Positions 1 to 9,296 of a stretch of DNA of 64,000 bases are shown one piece after another. The position numbers and the translations under genes were made by a program. Position 1 is the first letter of the stretch. Each line of letters starts with the position of its first letter. Origin of the DNA: Candidatus Niyogibacteria bacterium (GTDB lineage Bacteria > Patescibacteriota > Minisyncoccia > HO2-45-28). Location: positions 281,762 to 345,761 of the forward strand of contig CP066691.1 in assembly GCA_016432485.1 (NCBI GenBank). Reading direction: 5' to 3'. The notes under the pieces were generated by a model. It was not told where the DNA came from. It did no database searches and saw only the letters and a program-made list of their open reading frames with translations.

Positions 1-176
1 AGGTCAAAGCCCGAGATATGCGGTTCGCCTATCCAATTTTGAATATCGTCTGAAACAATTGATTGCCCGCCGAACGACTCGGTAATTAAAAGCGTCTTTA
101 ATTTTTTGCGCGCCGAATACACCGCCGCCGCCGTCCCAGCCGGCCCTCCGCCAATAATGACAACATCGTAAAGCAT
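1..176 (-). CDS. FAD-dependent pyridine nucleotide-disulfide oxidoreductase, thioredoxin-reductase-like; N-terminal fragment, gene continues beyond the window start
   Basis: Reverse translation from the ATG at 174-176 gives MLYDVVIIGGGPAGTAAAVYSARKKLKTLLITE, a GxGxxG FAD Rossmann motif typical of TrxB/AhpF N-termini. Confidence 0.6.
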   Translation of the reverse strand, partial: MLYDVVIIGGGPAGTAAAVYSARKKLKTLLITESFGGQSIVSDDIQNWIGEPHISGFD

Positions 177-191
177 AAATTTTAAAAAAAA

Positions 192-899
192 TTAATTGCC
201 GGCCAATTCTTCCTGAATCACGGCTTCAAACGAAGAAAGCGGCAAGGCTCCGGTAATATGGCGACCGTTAATGAAAGACGACGGCGTGCCCGAAACGCCT
301 AATTGTCTGCCAAGAGCCGATTCATCCTGAACCGCAGAAAGATACTTTTCCGAATCCAAGCACTCATTGAATTTTTGGGACTCAAGGCCAAGATTTGCGG
401 CGAAACTTTTAAGGTTGGCGTCTGAAAACGCGCCCCGATTCTCACCCTGCTGATTTCCAAAAAGAGCATCGTGGTATTCCCAGAATTTGCCCTGCTCGCC
501 CGCACACCTTGCTGCAACTGCGGCATCATATGATTCCTGGCCCAAAAACGCGAAGTCGCGCCAGACGAAAACAACCTGCCCTGCTTTTACATATTTTTCT
601 TTAATCTGCGGAAGGGTTTGACTCCAAAATCGGCCGCAAAACGGACACTGAAAATCGCCGAACTCCACAAAGACAACAGGGGCCGAAGGATTTCCCAAAA
701 CAAAATCGTCTTCCTGAATTTTAAGAAGGGTCTGGGCATCATCGGACAGGCCCGCAACCGCGGCTTGCTCTTTTTTTGATTCAAAACCCGCCTGTTCCTT
801 CTTCGGTCCTCCGACGTACACGACGGCTAAAGCAATAATGGCACCGGCAATAATTACCGATACCGGAATTAAATATTTAGACTTAACTTCTAAATTCAT
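192..899 (-). CDS. DsbA-like thiol:disulfide oxidoreductase, membrane-anchored
   Basis: N-terminal TM helix and CPFC (CxxC) active site in a thioredoxin fold (FGDFQCPFCGRF). Confidence 0.8.
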   Translation of the reverse strand: MNLEVKSKYLIPVSVIIAGAIIALAVVYVGGPKKEQAGFESKKEQAAVAGLSDDAQTLLKIQEDDFVLGNPSAPVVFVEFGDFQCPFCGRFWSQTLPQIKEKYVKAGQVVFVWRDFAFLGQESYDAAVAARCAGEQGKFWEYHDALFGNQQGENRGAFSDANLKSFAANLGLESQKFNECLDSEKYLSAVQDESALGRQLGVSGTPSSFINGRHITGALPLSSFEAVIQEELAGN

Positions 900-904
900 A
901 ATAT

Positions 905-2170
905 TTATATCTCTTTAAAACCCGGCGTTAATTCCTCGACATTCATCTTAACATCGATGAACCTGTCTTTGCCATCCCCCTCACCTTTAAGCCTGATGGT
1001 GTATTCCTGCAAAGCGCTTTCTCTGGGGACTTCAATCCAAAAATCCGCTCCGTCCGAAAATTGCCCCGAAGTCAAAGTTATCATCGGCGGGGAAGAAAGC
1101 GGTCCCGAAGATTCCTGGCCGTTAGTGTTATTGCGCAAGTGATACACGGCGCCCGAGAGCGCGGGCGTAATACTATCCACCGAAAGGGCCACTTGTGAAT
1201 TGAAGCCGAAAAGAGAAACTACGGTTATTATAGTTTCAGTGGAAACGGCGAAAGGAGCGGCGGTAATGCTGACTTCGATATTATTTGAAGAAGAAAGAGA
1301 AAAATCTTCCGGCAGCTCCTGGACATTGATTGAAATTCTATTTTCACCAGCATTTGCTCCACGCTCAATTATAACTTTAGCTGTATAACTCCCGACAGAA
1401 GAATAAGTATGAACAACTTCTTTTGATGTTTCTGTTACGCCGTCAAACTTAGCGCCTATTGCGGGATTTGTCGGATCGCCGCAAGCGCCGGTCGCCGACG
1501 AAACATTCGCGCTTCCGTTATTGCAATTCCACCAAAAAGTATAATTTATCGAACCTGCTCCGCCGGCAACGCTTGCGGTCAGATTTGTTGAAAGAGGAAC
1601 AAAACCGGAAGACGGCAGCGCTGAAAGAGAAACGGAAAAATCGGCGCAGGCGTCGCCCGAACCGGTAATGCCGTAATTTGAGCCGGAAAAATTAATCCAG
1701 CCGATCACATCCGAACCCCACGCCCAGCCTTGCCAGACGCACTGGCTTGCGCTTACGCCGTAATTAGAGCCGGAAAGAGAAATCCAGCCGTCCCAGCCGC
1801 CACCGTTAGCCAAAGCCCTTGCCCAGCCGGTTACAGCGCCGTTATTTTTGTTAAAATTTGCCTGACACGGCGAATTAGGACATCCGCCCAAATCGCCCTG
1901 ATTAAAGGTTATCCAACCGACATTGTCCGACCAGGCATAACCGGAAAGGCGGCCGTTTGAAGCAACCGTAACGCCGTAATTTACTCCCCCGCCTTGATTG
2001 GTTGAGTTAAAACTAATCCAGCCGGTATTTCCGGACCACGCCCAACCGGATAAATTATGCTCAGAGCCTGCAAAAACAACGAGAGCGTAAAGGGAAAAAC
2101 TCAAAGCGAAAAACAAAAGCGCAAGACATAAGATATTTTTAGTTTTACGCTGTTGTTTTACATTTTGCAT
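905..2170 (-). CDS. secreted or membrane-anchored repeat protein with GWxW-N-GWI-F repeats and a PKD-like domain
   Basis: Signal/TM at the N-terminus. Four tandem motifs (GWAWSGNTGWISFN, GYAWSDNVGWITFN, GWDGWISLSG, GWAWGSDVIGWINFSG). Beta-rich C-terminal half. Confidence 0.6.
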   Translation of the reverse strand: MQNVKQQRKTKNILCLALLFFALSFSLYALVVFAGSEHNLSGWAWSGNTGWISFNSTNQGGGVNYGVTVASNGRLSGYAWSDNVGWITFNQGDLGGCPNSPCQANFNKNNGAVTGWARALANGGGWDGWISLSGSNYGVSASQCVWQGWAWGSDVIGWINFSGSNYGITGSGDACADFSVSLSALPSSGFVPLSTNLTASVAGGAGSINYTFWWNCNNGSANVSSATGACGDPTNPAIGAKFDGVTETSKEVVHTYSSVGSYTAKVIIERGANAGENRISINVQELPEDFSLSSSNNIEVSITAAPFAVSTETIITVVSLFGFNSQVALSVDSITPALSGAVYHLRNNTNGQESSGPLSSPPMITLTSGQFSDGADFWIEVPRESALQEYTIRLKGEGDGKDRFIDVKMNVEELTPGFKEI

Positions 2171-2195
2171 TTTACACTTTTATTTTAACACATAT

Positions 2196-3329
2196 CTATT
2201 CTTTCATATAAGCGTCTCTTGTATATTTATTGCCGGCGTCCCAAACCATCCAGCCAGTTAATCCGGCGTCATAAACGGCCTGCATTTGCGCTCTGACCAT
2301 TCCCGCGTCGTAAGTCGCGCCCAAATCAAAATCCTGCAGCCACGGCCGAAGTTTTGAAGGACTGGAACTCGCGGCCGTCAGACGTCCCGAGGCCACGGTC
2401 ATCGCCTGATGCACGATTTCGTAAGGATGCAGAGCCGGATTTTTAAAATTATTAAAGCCGGGCGGATAGTGGGACGGGTAAACCATGGGAGCTATGTAGT
2501 CAAAATACAAAGCGGCGTTTTCCAAAACCTGACCTATGTTAAGGTCGTCGTAATTAACCGTAACCATTCCGAATAAATCCACGGACAACGGTAATCCGAC
2601 TCCGTCCAATTCCCTCCTTAGATAGGCGAAAAAATCGCCGATGACTTCCGCCGGAGGCGTTACTTCATCCCAATAATCATATTTAATATCTTTCATATTT
2701 CCGTCTGAAGGAAAACGCACATAGTCAAAATTCAGTTCGTCAAAACCCGCTTTTTCCGACGCTTTAGCCACTAAAACGGTATAAGCCCAAAATTCTTTGG
2801 CCGCGGGATCAATCCAAGTTAAACCTTTACGGTCTTTCCAAACACTGCCGTCTTTTTTCTTGACCGCGAGATCCGGACGCTTGGAAACAAAATACGGGTC
2901 CTGAAAAACGCTAATGCGGCCGATTACATATATATTTTTCTGGTGGAGATATTCAATAAATTCTTTAATATCGATTATCCTTTTTTCGGACGAGCCCAAA
3001 TCTTTAATGTGGGCGTCATCCGTTTCAAACGATACCCGCCCGCTGTAATCCTTAATATCAATCACCACGGCGTTAAGTTCGGTTTCCTCCACAAATTTCA
3101 CCAGGTTTTCGCGCCAATCGGCAGTGCCCGCCACCCAGCTGGTCATATAAATAGCGCGAGTCGGCTCCGGCGTCCGAAGATGCTGAATTTTTTCTTGAGA
3201 AGGCGCGGCTATTTCATTTCCCGGAGCGATATAAGAAATGCGGTTGTTGCCGCCAAAAACCAAAAAAAGAGACGCGACTCCGATAAAAGCGGCCGCCCCT
3301 AATCCAAAGTAATTTTTGAATCTGCCCAT
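2196..3329 (-). CDS. putative TIM-barrel glycoside-hydrolase-like protein (DUF4015/GHL-like), membrane-anchored
   Basis: N-terminal TM. Strand-acid pattern (NAVVIDIKDYSGRVSF, FDELNFDYVRFP) resembles the GH-like DUF4015 family. The 5' end overlaps the next ORF, so the real start is probably an internal Met. Confidence 0.45.
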   Translation of the reverse strand: MGRFKNYFGLGAAAFIGVASLFLVFGGNNRISYIAPGNEIAAPSQEKIQHLRTPEPTRAIYMTSWVAGTADWRENLVKFVEETELNAVVIDIKDYSGRVSFETDDAHIKDLGSSEKRIIDIKEFIEYLHQKNIYVIGRISVFQDPYFVSKRPDLAVKKKDGSVWKDRKGLTWIDPAAKEFWAYTVLVAKASEKAGFDELNFDYVRFPSDGNMKDIKYDYWDEVTPPAEVIGDFFAYLRRELDGVGLPLSVDLFGMVTVNYDDLNIGQVLENAALYFDYIAPMVYPSHYPPGFNNFKNPALHPYEIVHQAMTVASGRLTAASSSPSKLRPWLQDFDLGATYDAGMVRAQMQAVYDAGLTGWMVWDAGNKYTRDAYMKE

Positions 3330-4474
3330 CCATTCATTATAGCTTGATTAATCTTTCCCAAAAACCTCTGGCCGTTCATGAGAACCGCGCCTATGACGCG
3401 ATTATCTTTCATAAAAATTTTTATATGCTCTTTTTTTTCTTTATCAAAGCGGATTTCTTCGGTTTTTACGCCGAACTTTTCGTCAAAGGGGCCGACATCG
3501 CCGACAAAAGAGATATTTACGCCCAAATGGCTGATGGCGTAAACCGGAATATTTTTAAACGATTCTTTGCCGCCCGCCATATTAAGTCCCGCCGTCCTGC
3601 CCTGCATAAAAGCGCCCGACCAGTTTCCGCCAGAACGTCTTCTCCCGGAAAAACGGTCTTTATACGAGGCGACATCTCCGGCCGCCCACACATTTGGAGT
3701 CCCGGTTTCCAAATGCTCATTTACTTCCAGGCCCCCGCTTGGCGGTTTAATCGCCGCATGGGGCAGAAAGTCCAAATTTCTATCAAGACCTATACCAACG
3801 CCAACGAAGTCGGCATCTAGTTCCGCGCTGTTTTTTATCTCACGGCCAAAAATGGTCTCAATCCCGTTTTTTTGCCACAAATCCTTTAAAATTCCGAAAC
3901 CCGTTTCATCCAAAAAATCCGGCCAAAAATACTTTTCGGCGCACAATAATTTTATTTTCCATCCGTATTTTGCCAAAATCGCGATAAACTCCAAAGCCAT
4001 AAAACCTCCGCCGACGACCAGCGCCGTACCCGACGGACGCGAAGACAAAAACTCCTTAATCTTCAAAGCGTCGTCCAGCGTTTGAAGGCGAAAAATATTG
4101 CCGGGTAACAAGGTTTCAAAGTTCCATAATTTTGGCCGGCCTCCGGAGGCAATAAGAATTTTTTTAGCGCGAAATTCTTTGCCGGAAATAGTTTTAAGCG
4201 TCATAGTCTGCGAATTAAAATCGCAAACTGACTCATTCAAAAAAATATCAATGCCGTTTTTTTTATAATCGCCGGCTGTTCTCAACATCACTTTATCCAG
4301 CTCAATCTCTTTGCGGATAAATTCCGGCAAAAGAACTCTTGAATACAAAAAATGCGGCTCGCCGCAGATTAATGCGACAGAACCATTTTGGTCTTTTTGG
4401 CGTATGGTTTCTGCGGCAGTCGTTCCGGCAATTCCGCCGCCTATAATCAGATAATCAAAGACGAGTTCGGCCAT
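3299..4474 (-). CDS. FAD-dependent pyridine nucleotide-disulfide oxidoreductase (NADH oxidase/CoA-disulfide reductase-like)
   Basis: IIGGGIAGTTAAE FAD-binding Rossmann motif, a second NAD-binding GGGFMALE motif, and about 390 aa. Confidence 0.75.
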   Translation of the reverse strand: MAELVFDYLIIGGGIAGTTAAETIRQKDQNGSVALICGEPHFLYSRVLLPEFIRKEIELDKVMLRTAGDYKKNGIDIFLNESVCDFNSQTMTLKTISGKEFRAKKILIASGGRPKLWNFETLLPGNIFRLQTLDDALKIKEFLSSRPSGTALVVGGGFMALEFIAILAKYGWKIKLLCAEKYFWPDFLDETGFGILKDLWQKNGIETIFGREIKNSAELDADFVGVGIGLDRNLDFLPHAAIKPPSGGLEVNEHLETGTPNVWAAGDVASYKDRFSGRRRSGGNWSGAFMQGRTAGLNMAGGKESFKNIPVYAISHLGVNISFVGDVGPFDEKFGVKTEEIRFDKEKKEHIKIFMKDNRVIGAVLMNGQRFLGKINQAIMNGWADSKITLD

Positions 4475-4496
4475 ACGGCGCCATCAATCTTATTTG

Positions 4497-4646
4497 TATC
4501 CCCGGGATAGTTCGGCAAGAAAATCTTTCATTTTTAATTTGCCGTACGGGCCTCCGCGGCGACTTTTGCCGCTTACAAACCCGCCTCTTTGGCGCCGCAA
4601 ATGGGCTTGTTCTTCGGGGGTATATTCGGGTAATTTTTCGTTCATA
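4497..4646 (-). CDS. small basic protein (about 50 aa), not in the ORF track
   Basis: Minus-strand ORF MNEKLPEYTPEEQAHLRRQRGGFVSGKSRRGGPYGKLKMKDFLAELSRGYK. It is intergenic and short, with no obvious RBS. Confidence 0.25.
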
Positions 4647-4686
4647 TCGTTATTATATTAAATTATACAAAAAAGGCAGAAAAAGC

Positions 4687-4720
4687 AAAATCCCTCCGAG
4701 AAACTTCGGGGGGATTTTGT
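4687..4720. terminator. intrinsic terminator hairpin with flanking T runs, usable in both directions
   Basis: AAAATCCCTCCGAG-aaac-TTCGGGGGGATTTTGTT; downstream of the small minus-strand gene 4737-4910. Confidence 0.55.
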
Positions 4721-4736
4721 TATTCACTCCTTTGAT

Positions 4737-4910
4737 TTACATCGCCTGTCCTGCCGACTTTCCTCCGGCCATCGCTGACCAAAAAGCAAGAATCGCAATG
4801 ACGATACCGGTTACCACCATTAATGAACGGTGGGCGGAAGGCGTAAGACCCAAGAAGGGCATCAAAATGACCCAGAGTCCCAAAACGCCGTTAATCCAAT
4901 TTTGCCACAT
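4737..4910 (-). CDS. small two-TM membrane protein (57 aa)
   Basis: Minus-strand ORF MWQNWINGVLGLWVILMPFLGLTPSAHRSLMVVTGIVIAILAFWSAMAGGKSAGQAM. Hydrophobic and followed by a terminator. The overlapping plus-strand ORF 4717-4935 looks spurious. Confidence 0.45.
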   Translation of the reverse strand: MWQNWINGVLGLWVILMPFLGLTPSAHRSLMVVTGIVIAILAFWSAMAGGKSAGQAM

Positions 4911-4980
4911 AATTCAGGTAAAAAATTTAATTTAAAATTAATAAAAGGTTGAAACGACCTTATGTTATTATTTTATCATG

Positions 4981-5013
4981 GCCGCGGAATATAAAAACGG
5001 GGGTTATCCACAA
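4981..5013. terminator. intrinsic terminator for the mutase-meaB operon (hairpin plus T-tract on the minus strand)
   Basis: GGGGGTT-atccaca-AACCCCC flanked by A/T runs. A second perfect 26-bp palindrome (CCTCTTTGCCGGCCGGCAAAGAGG core) lies at 5072-5097 just after the meaB stop. Confidence 0.6.
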
Positions 5014-5119
5014 CCCCCATTTTGGGTCCGGCCGCCATTTAACACATTTAAAAAGCTTAATTTTATATTAATAAAGTAAAATCCTCTTTGCCGGCCGGCA
5101 AAGAGGACAAATAAATCGT

Positions 5120-5833
5120 CTAAGATGTTCGGAACAAAAAATCACGGTGCTTATAGATACCGTCGCGGACAACGGCTTCAACGCCCTCGCCCGTCAAAGC
5201 GTTAGCCCCAAAGACCAACTGCGTCCATCCTTTAATTTCGCGCAGCAATCCGTTAAGCATCGCGGAAAACCTTTTTTCTTCGTCTGCTTTGCCTCTTAAA
5301 TTCAAAACCATGATGTGAGCGTGTTCGTGTATGCCGGATTTCATAAGGTTGACGATATCGGCCCTGATATCCGGTAAAAAGATGAAAGTATCCGCCGCGT
5401 CTTTAATTCCCAAATCCATTTGTCCGGCGCCGGGACTTTCGACTAAAACGATTTCAGCAAAATGAGAAGCGACGTTCACCAAATTCAACAAATGCGGAAC
5501 GCTTGAATCTTTTGAGCCCCTGGAACTCAGGGAACGAATGAAAACTCCCTCATCCAAATAGTGAGCGCGCATTCTTATTCTGTCGCCAAGAAACGCTCCG
5601 CCGCTTTCCGGGTCGCTCGGGTCAATCGCAAGCACCACAACGGATTTATTATCGCTCCTTAATGCTTTTATAATTTGGTTAGTCAAAGTGCTTTTTCCGG
5701 CAGCGGCCGCGCCGGTTACGCCGACTACGTGCGCCGGGCCGCGCGATTGAAATTCCGGCGGAAAATTTCTGCCGTCGGCAGCGCAACTTAAAAGACGCGT
5801 CAGTCGCTTGGGGTCAGCCACGTTAACGCTCAT
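5120..5833 (-). CDS. meaB: MeaB/ArgK-like G3E GTPase (methylmalonyl-CoA mutase chaperone)
   Basis: P-loop GVTGAAAAGKST; overlaps the upstream mutase gene by 11 nt; ArgK/MeaB-like overall pattern, although shorter than canonical MeaB. Confidence 0.7.
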   Translation of the reverse strand: MSVNVADPKRLTRLLSCAADGRNFPPEFQSRGPAHVVGVTGAAAAGKSTLTNQIIKALRSDNKSVVVLAIDPSDPESGGAFLGDRIRMRAHYLDEGVFIRSLSSRGSKDSSVPHLLNLVNVASHFAEIVLVESPGAGQMDLGIKDAADTFIFLPDIRADIVNLMKSGIHEHAHIMVLNLRGKADEEKRFSAMLNGLLREIKGWTQLVFGANALTGEGVEAVVRDGIYKHRDFLFRTS

Positions 5834-7853
5834 TTGCTTTCTCCTCTCCTTCCTTTAAAAATTCGGCGATATTTTTATAGAGATCGGGTCCGGCCGTAAA
5901 AAAACGCTCAACCCCCGATTTCTTCAATAGGTCCGCTTCGGTTCGGCGAATAATTCCCCCGCCGATAACTTTGGCTCTTTCATGTCCGACAATCCGCAAA
6001 TTTTGAATAAGGTCTTCAAAAAGTACGACCGGCGAACCTATATGAGTGGATACCGCGACAACATCAACGTTTTCCTGCAAAGCCACCCTTGCCAAATTCA
6101 AAGTTGAAAGATGTAGTCCGGGATAAATAACTTCCGCGCCCAGATTTTTTAAAAACGGAGCAATAAGATAGATCGGCCTGTCATGACCATCAAGTCCTCC
6201 CTTGGCCAATAAAACCCTCAACGGTTTTTTCAAACGATAAATTCTGACGAGATCGGCTGAATTTTTGTCCGGCTCTGCCGGCACGTAAAGTCCTTTATCC
6301 TCATACGCGCCCCAAACCTGTTTCATGGCTGAAACAATTTCACCAAGAGTCGCTCCGCTTGTCGCCGCGCGAATTAAAAACGGCATTATGTTTTCTTCGG
6401 TTTCGGCAACACGGCGAATATCGTCCAGGGCGGAGCGCGCTTCTGAAATTTTGCTGAATGCCGATCTTTCGCGCTTAAAAGCCGCGAGACTTTCAAGCTG
6501 TCTTTCTTCAAAACCCCGCCTGGTTTCAAGCTCGCGGGCAACGCTTTCCGGCTCATCCAATTCTTCTTGCAGGCAATATTTTGTGACTCCGACAATCTGC
6601 ATCGCGCCCGAACGCAAACCCCGATCATATTCTCGCGCTGATTCCTGCACAACCCTTTGAGGGTATCCGGCTTTGACCGCCTCAATCATTCCGCCGATTT
6701 GCTCTATTCTCTGAATTTCGGCAAGAGCTTCTTCAAAAATTCTTTGAGTACTTTCCTCTATAAAATACGAGCCGCCCAGGGCGTCGACAACGGCGCAAAT
6801 TCCGGTTTCTTCCTGCAAAATCTGCTGAGTGCGGGCCGCGACTCTGGCTGCTCCTTCGGTCGGCGTGCACATCACCTCGTCATACGAATTAGTGTGCATA
6901 CTTTGGGCTCCGCCTAAAGCTCCGGCCAGAGCCTGAATGGCAACGCGCACGATGTTATTCAGCGACTCCTCTCGGGTCAAAGTGCAGCCGGCAGTCTGAA
7001 CATGCATCCGGCACCACTCGGAACGGTAATTTTTAGCGCCAAACCAATGCCGCATAATATGCGCCCATAATTTGCGCGCCGCGCGCAGTTTCGCTATTTC
7101 TTCCAGAAAGTCATTATGGATATCAAAAAAGAAAGAAAGCCGGGGCGCGAAATCATCAATTTTCAAACCGCGTTTTACGGCCTCGCGCGCGTAGGCAACG
7201 CCGTCGGCCAAAGTAAAAGCCAGTTCCTGAACCGCCGTGGCTCCGGCTTCTCGGATATGGTAACCGCTGATTGATATGGGATTCCATCTCGGCATATATT
7301 TGGCCGCGAACTCAATCGTATCCGTAACCAATCTCATGCTCGGTCCTTCAGGAAAAATCCATTCCCGCTGAGCTATAAATTCTTTCAATATGTCGTTTTG
7401 GATCGTCCCGCCTAATTTTTCAACGGCGATTCCTCTTTTTTGAGCCATAGCGATATACATAGCCCAGATTATTGCCGCGGGCCCGCTGATAGTCATTGAA
7501 ACCGTAAGCTGGTCTATGGCAATGCCGTTAAAAAGCTCTTCCATATCGCGGATAGTGTCTACAGCGACGCCATCCCAGCCCACTTCTCCCCGGCAGATCG
7601 GGTCATCCGAATCAAATCCCATAAGCGTAGGCAGGTCAAACGGCGTTGAAAGTCCGGTAGTCCCGGCGCCTAAAAGCATTTTCCAGCGGGCATTAGTATC
7701 AAAAGCCAAGCCGTGTCCGGCAAATTGCCTGATGGTCCACTTTTTATCTCGGTACATTCCGGGATGAATCCCTCGGGTATATGGAAATTCTCCAGCCGGC
7801 GCCGGCTCATGAAGAGCCGCGAAACCTTCAGCCAGTTCGTCCGCTAATCGCAC
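5823..7853 (-). CDS. methylmalonyl-CoA mutase-like, fused substrate-binding barrel plus C-terminal B12-binding domain (MutB-like)
   Basis: Conserved MCM N-terminal motifs (FAGHGLAFDTNARWKMLLGAGTTGLS). C-terminal cobalamin-binding DxHxxG signature (GLDGHDRP) and a Rossmann-like B12 domain. Confidence 0.8.
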   Translation of the reverse strand: MRLADELAEGFAALHEPAPAGEFPYTRGIHPGMYRDKKWTIRQFAGHGLAFDTNARWKMLLGAGTTGLSTPFDLPTLMGFDSDDPICRGEVGWDGVAVDTIRDMEELFNGIAIDQLTVSMTISGPAAIIWAMYIAMAQKRGIAVEKLGGTIQNDILKEFIAQREWIFPEGPSMRLVTDTIEFAAKYMPRWNPISISGYHIREAGATAVQELAFTLADGVAYAREAVKRGLKIDDFAPRLSFFFDIHNDFLEEIAKLRAARKLWAHIMRHWFGAKNYRSEWCRMHVQTAGCTLTREESLNNIVRVAIQALAGALGGAQSMHTNSYDEVMCTPTEGAARVAARTQQILQEETGICAVVDALGGSYFIEESTQRIFEEALAEIQRIEQIGGMIEAVKAGYPQRVVQESAREYDRGLRSGAMQIVGVTKYCLQEELDEPESVARELETRRGFEERQLESLAAFKRERSAFSKISEARSALDDIRRVAETEENIMPFLIRAATSGATLGEIVSAMKQVWGAYEDKGLYVPAEPDKNSADLVRIYRLKKPLRVLLAKGGLDGHDRPIYLIAPFLKNLGAEVIYPGLHLSTLNLARVALQENVDVVAVSTHIGSPVVLFEDLIQNLRIVGHERAKVIGGGIIRRTEADLLKKSGVERFFTAGPDLYKNIAEFLKEGEEKANER

Positions 7854-7912
7854 CGTAATTCCTCCCAGTCCTTATCAAAGTTTCCGCGTTTAATATAACA
7901 AATAATCGCTTT

Positions 7913-8914
7913 TTAAGCTATAAGTTTTTTAAACTCCTCCACCATCGGCACTTGTTCGGGGTCCGCGCCGTAGTAAAGCGCCAAATGATAGGCGGTCCAC
8001 TCCGCCAGAAGTATGGAAGAAAAAATTTTATGCCAGATATTCGCGGGTAAGACGTTTGGGACGGCCGTCCCAATCGTATGACAAACGAATCCCCTCTTTT
8101 TCAAAAGTTTTTGGGTTATATCCATTCTTCTCGCGATTCGCGGATCGTCTTCGGGGTCGCGTAAAAATATAAAAGAGAAATTCCGCGAAAGTTCTTTTGC
8201 CTCTCCCACCGAGTCAAAACCGGTCATCTCGTTATGATTGAGTTCTGGAAAAACATTGTAAAAAGCAGGAATCTTTCCGGTCTCGTTAAATATGGCTTTC
8301 CAGTTGAGCGCGAGCGCGCTATTTTTTTCTGACGCGTAAATCACCGGAATTTTCCCTTCAAGTTTTTTAGCAAGCTCTTTTCCGACATTTTCCGAACCGG
8401 AATCAAAATTAACCGCAAGTTTTTTAACCTCCGCGATTTCTTCATCCTCGCCCATCAATTTCAAAAGAGCCAAAACGGAAAATCCGACGGCCATTCGCGG
8501 CTGAATCCCCGTATCCGGAATTCTTACAAAGGCGACGCCTTTGCTTCGGGCTTCTTCAAGCAGTTTTCCGCCGATTGAAATCGCGGCCAAATTTAATTTT
8601 TTCTCAAACGCCTCGCCAAACGAGTCCAGCGCTTCCTCCGTGTTTCCGGAATAAGAATTGATAATAACAAGCCGTTCGTTCAAGTCGCTTTTTTTGGGCT
8701 TATCCTGAGCGTAGTCGAAGGGCAATCCGTAGTTTGAATGGATGACTAAATCCAAATCGGAGCGCGCCGCCTTAATCAAGTCCGCCGCCAAATGCGACCC
8801 GCCCATTCCGCAGACAACAAATTTATTTTTAGGCCGGAGGTTTTCCGCATTTTCAATAACCGGCTCAAACCCCAGCTGCTTCGGAAAATCTTTTATAACT
8901 TTGTCCATTGGCAT
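7913..8914 (-). CDS. bifunctional phosphoglucose/phosphomannose isomerase (SIS domain, archaeal-type PGI/PMI)
   Basis: SIS-domain motif VVCGMGGSHLAADLIK, two SIS repeats, about 330 aa. Confidence 0.7.
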   Translation of the reverse strand: MPMDKVIKDFPKQLGFEPVIENAENLRPKNKFVVCGMGGSHLAADLIKAARSDLDLVIHSNYGLPFDYAQDKPKKSDLNERLVIINSYSGNTEEALDSFGEAFEKKLNLAAISIGGKLLEEARSKGVAFVRIPDTGIQPRMAVGFSVLALLKLMGEDEEIAEVKKLAVNFDSGSENVGKELAKKLEGKIPVIYASEKNSALALNWKAIFNETGKIPAFYNVFPELNHNEMTGFDSVGEAKELSRNFSFIFLRDPEDDPRIARRMDITQKLLKKRGFVCHTIGTAVPNVLPANIWHKIFSSILLAEWTAYHLALYYGADPEQVPMVEEFKKLIA

Positions 8915-8979
8915 ATAGAAATTATATCAATACCTCAACGCTTTATCCATCATCCCCTTGGCGCTTTTACCTTTTGCTC

Positions 8980-9008
8980 TTGCAATTACTAAAAGGGTGT
9001 GCTATAAT
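8980..9008 (+). promoter_or_regulatory. sigma70-like promoter (TTGCAA, 17 nt, TGcTATAAT extended -10) for the small membrane gene
   Basis: TTGCAA at 8980-8985 and TATAAT at 9003-9008 with a TG at -15/-14. Followed by a YerC-operator half-site TATCGTAGTT at 9011-9020. Confidence 0.45.
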
Positions 9009-9087
9009 CATATCGTAGTTCGTTAACTGGGTAGAGATGCCCCAAAACCGCCCGAGAGGGCTTCCCAGAGATGGGGAGGAGGACAAA

Positions 9088-9252
9088 ATGAAAGACATCG
9101 GAAAAGCTATCGCCACCATTGCAATTTGGGGCGGGACAGCAGGTCTTTCGTATCTTTTCCTTGGATTCGGTATTTTATCGGGACTTGGCGCTTTCTTGAT
9201 GGTGCTGGGAGCTATTCTGCTCACAGCCGCGCTATGGAAACTGAAGATCTAA
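9088..9252 (+). CDS. small membrane protein (54 aa), hypothetical
   Basis: Strong RBS GGAGGAGG before the ATG at 9088; two TM helices. The track ORF 9037-9252 probably starts too early. Confidence 0.5.
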   Translation: MKDIGKAIATIAIWGGTAGLSYLFLGFGILSGLGAFLMVLGAILLTAALWKLKI

Positions 9253-9261
9253 TCTCTTTCT

Positions 9262-9296
9262 TGCATAGGCCTAGCTCACATGAGCGGGCCTTTTTC
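9262..9296 (+). terminator. intrinsic terminator (nested hairpin GGCC-GCTCAcaTGAGC-GGCC plus TTTTTCTT)
   Basis: Palindromic hairpin followed by a T-run, downstream of 9088-9252. Confidence 0.5.

Noticed and set aside
3344-4085. Plus-strand ORFs inside the minus-strand flavoprotein gene (3344-3820, 3567-4085); likewise antisense ORFs inside the mutase, ATPase, SNF2, primase and TypA genes
   Set aside because: They sit opposite long, well-supported CDSs with clear motifs and show no independent signals. Treated as spurious shadow ORFs.
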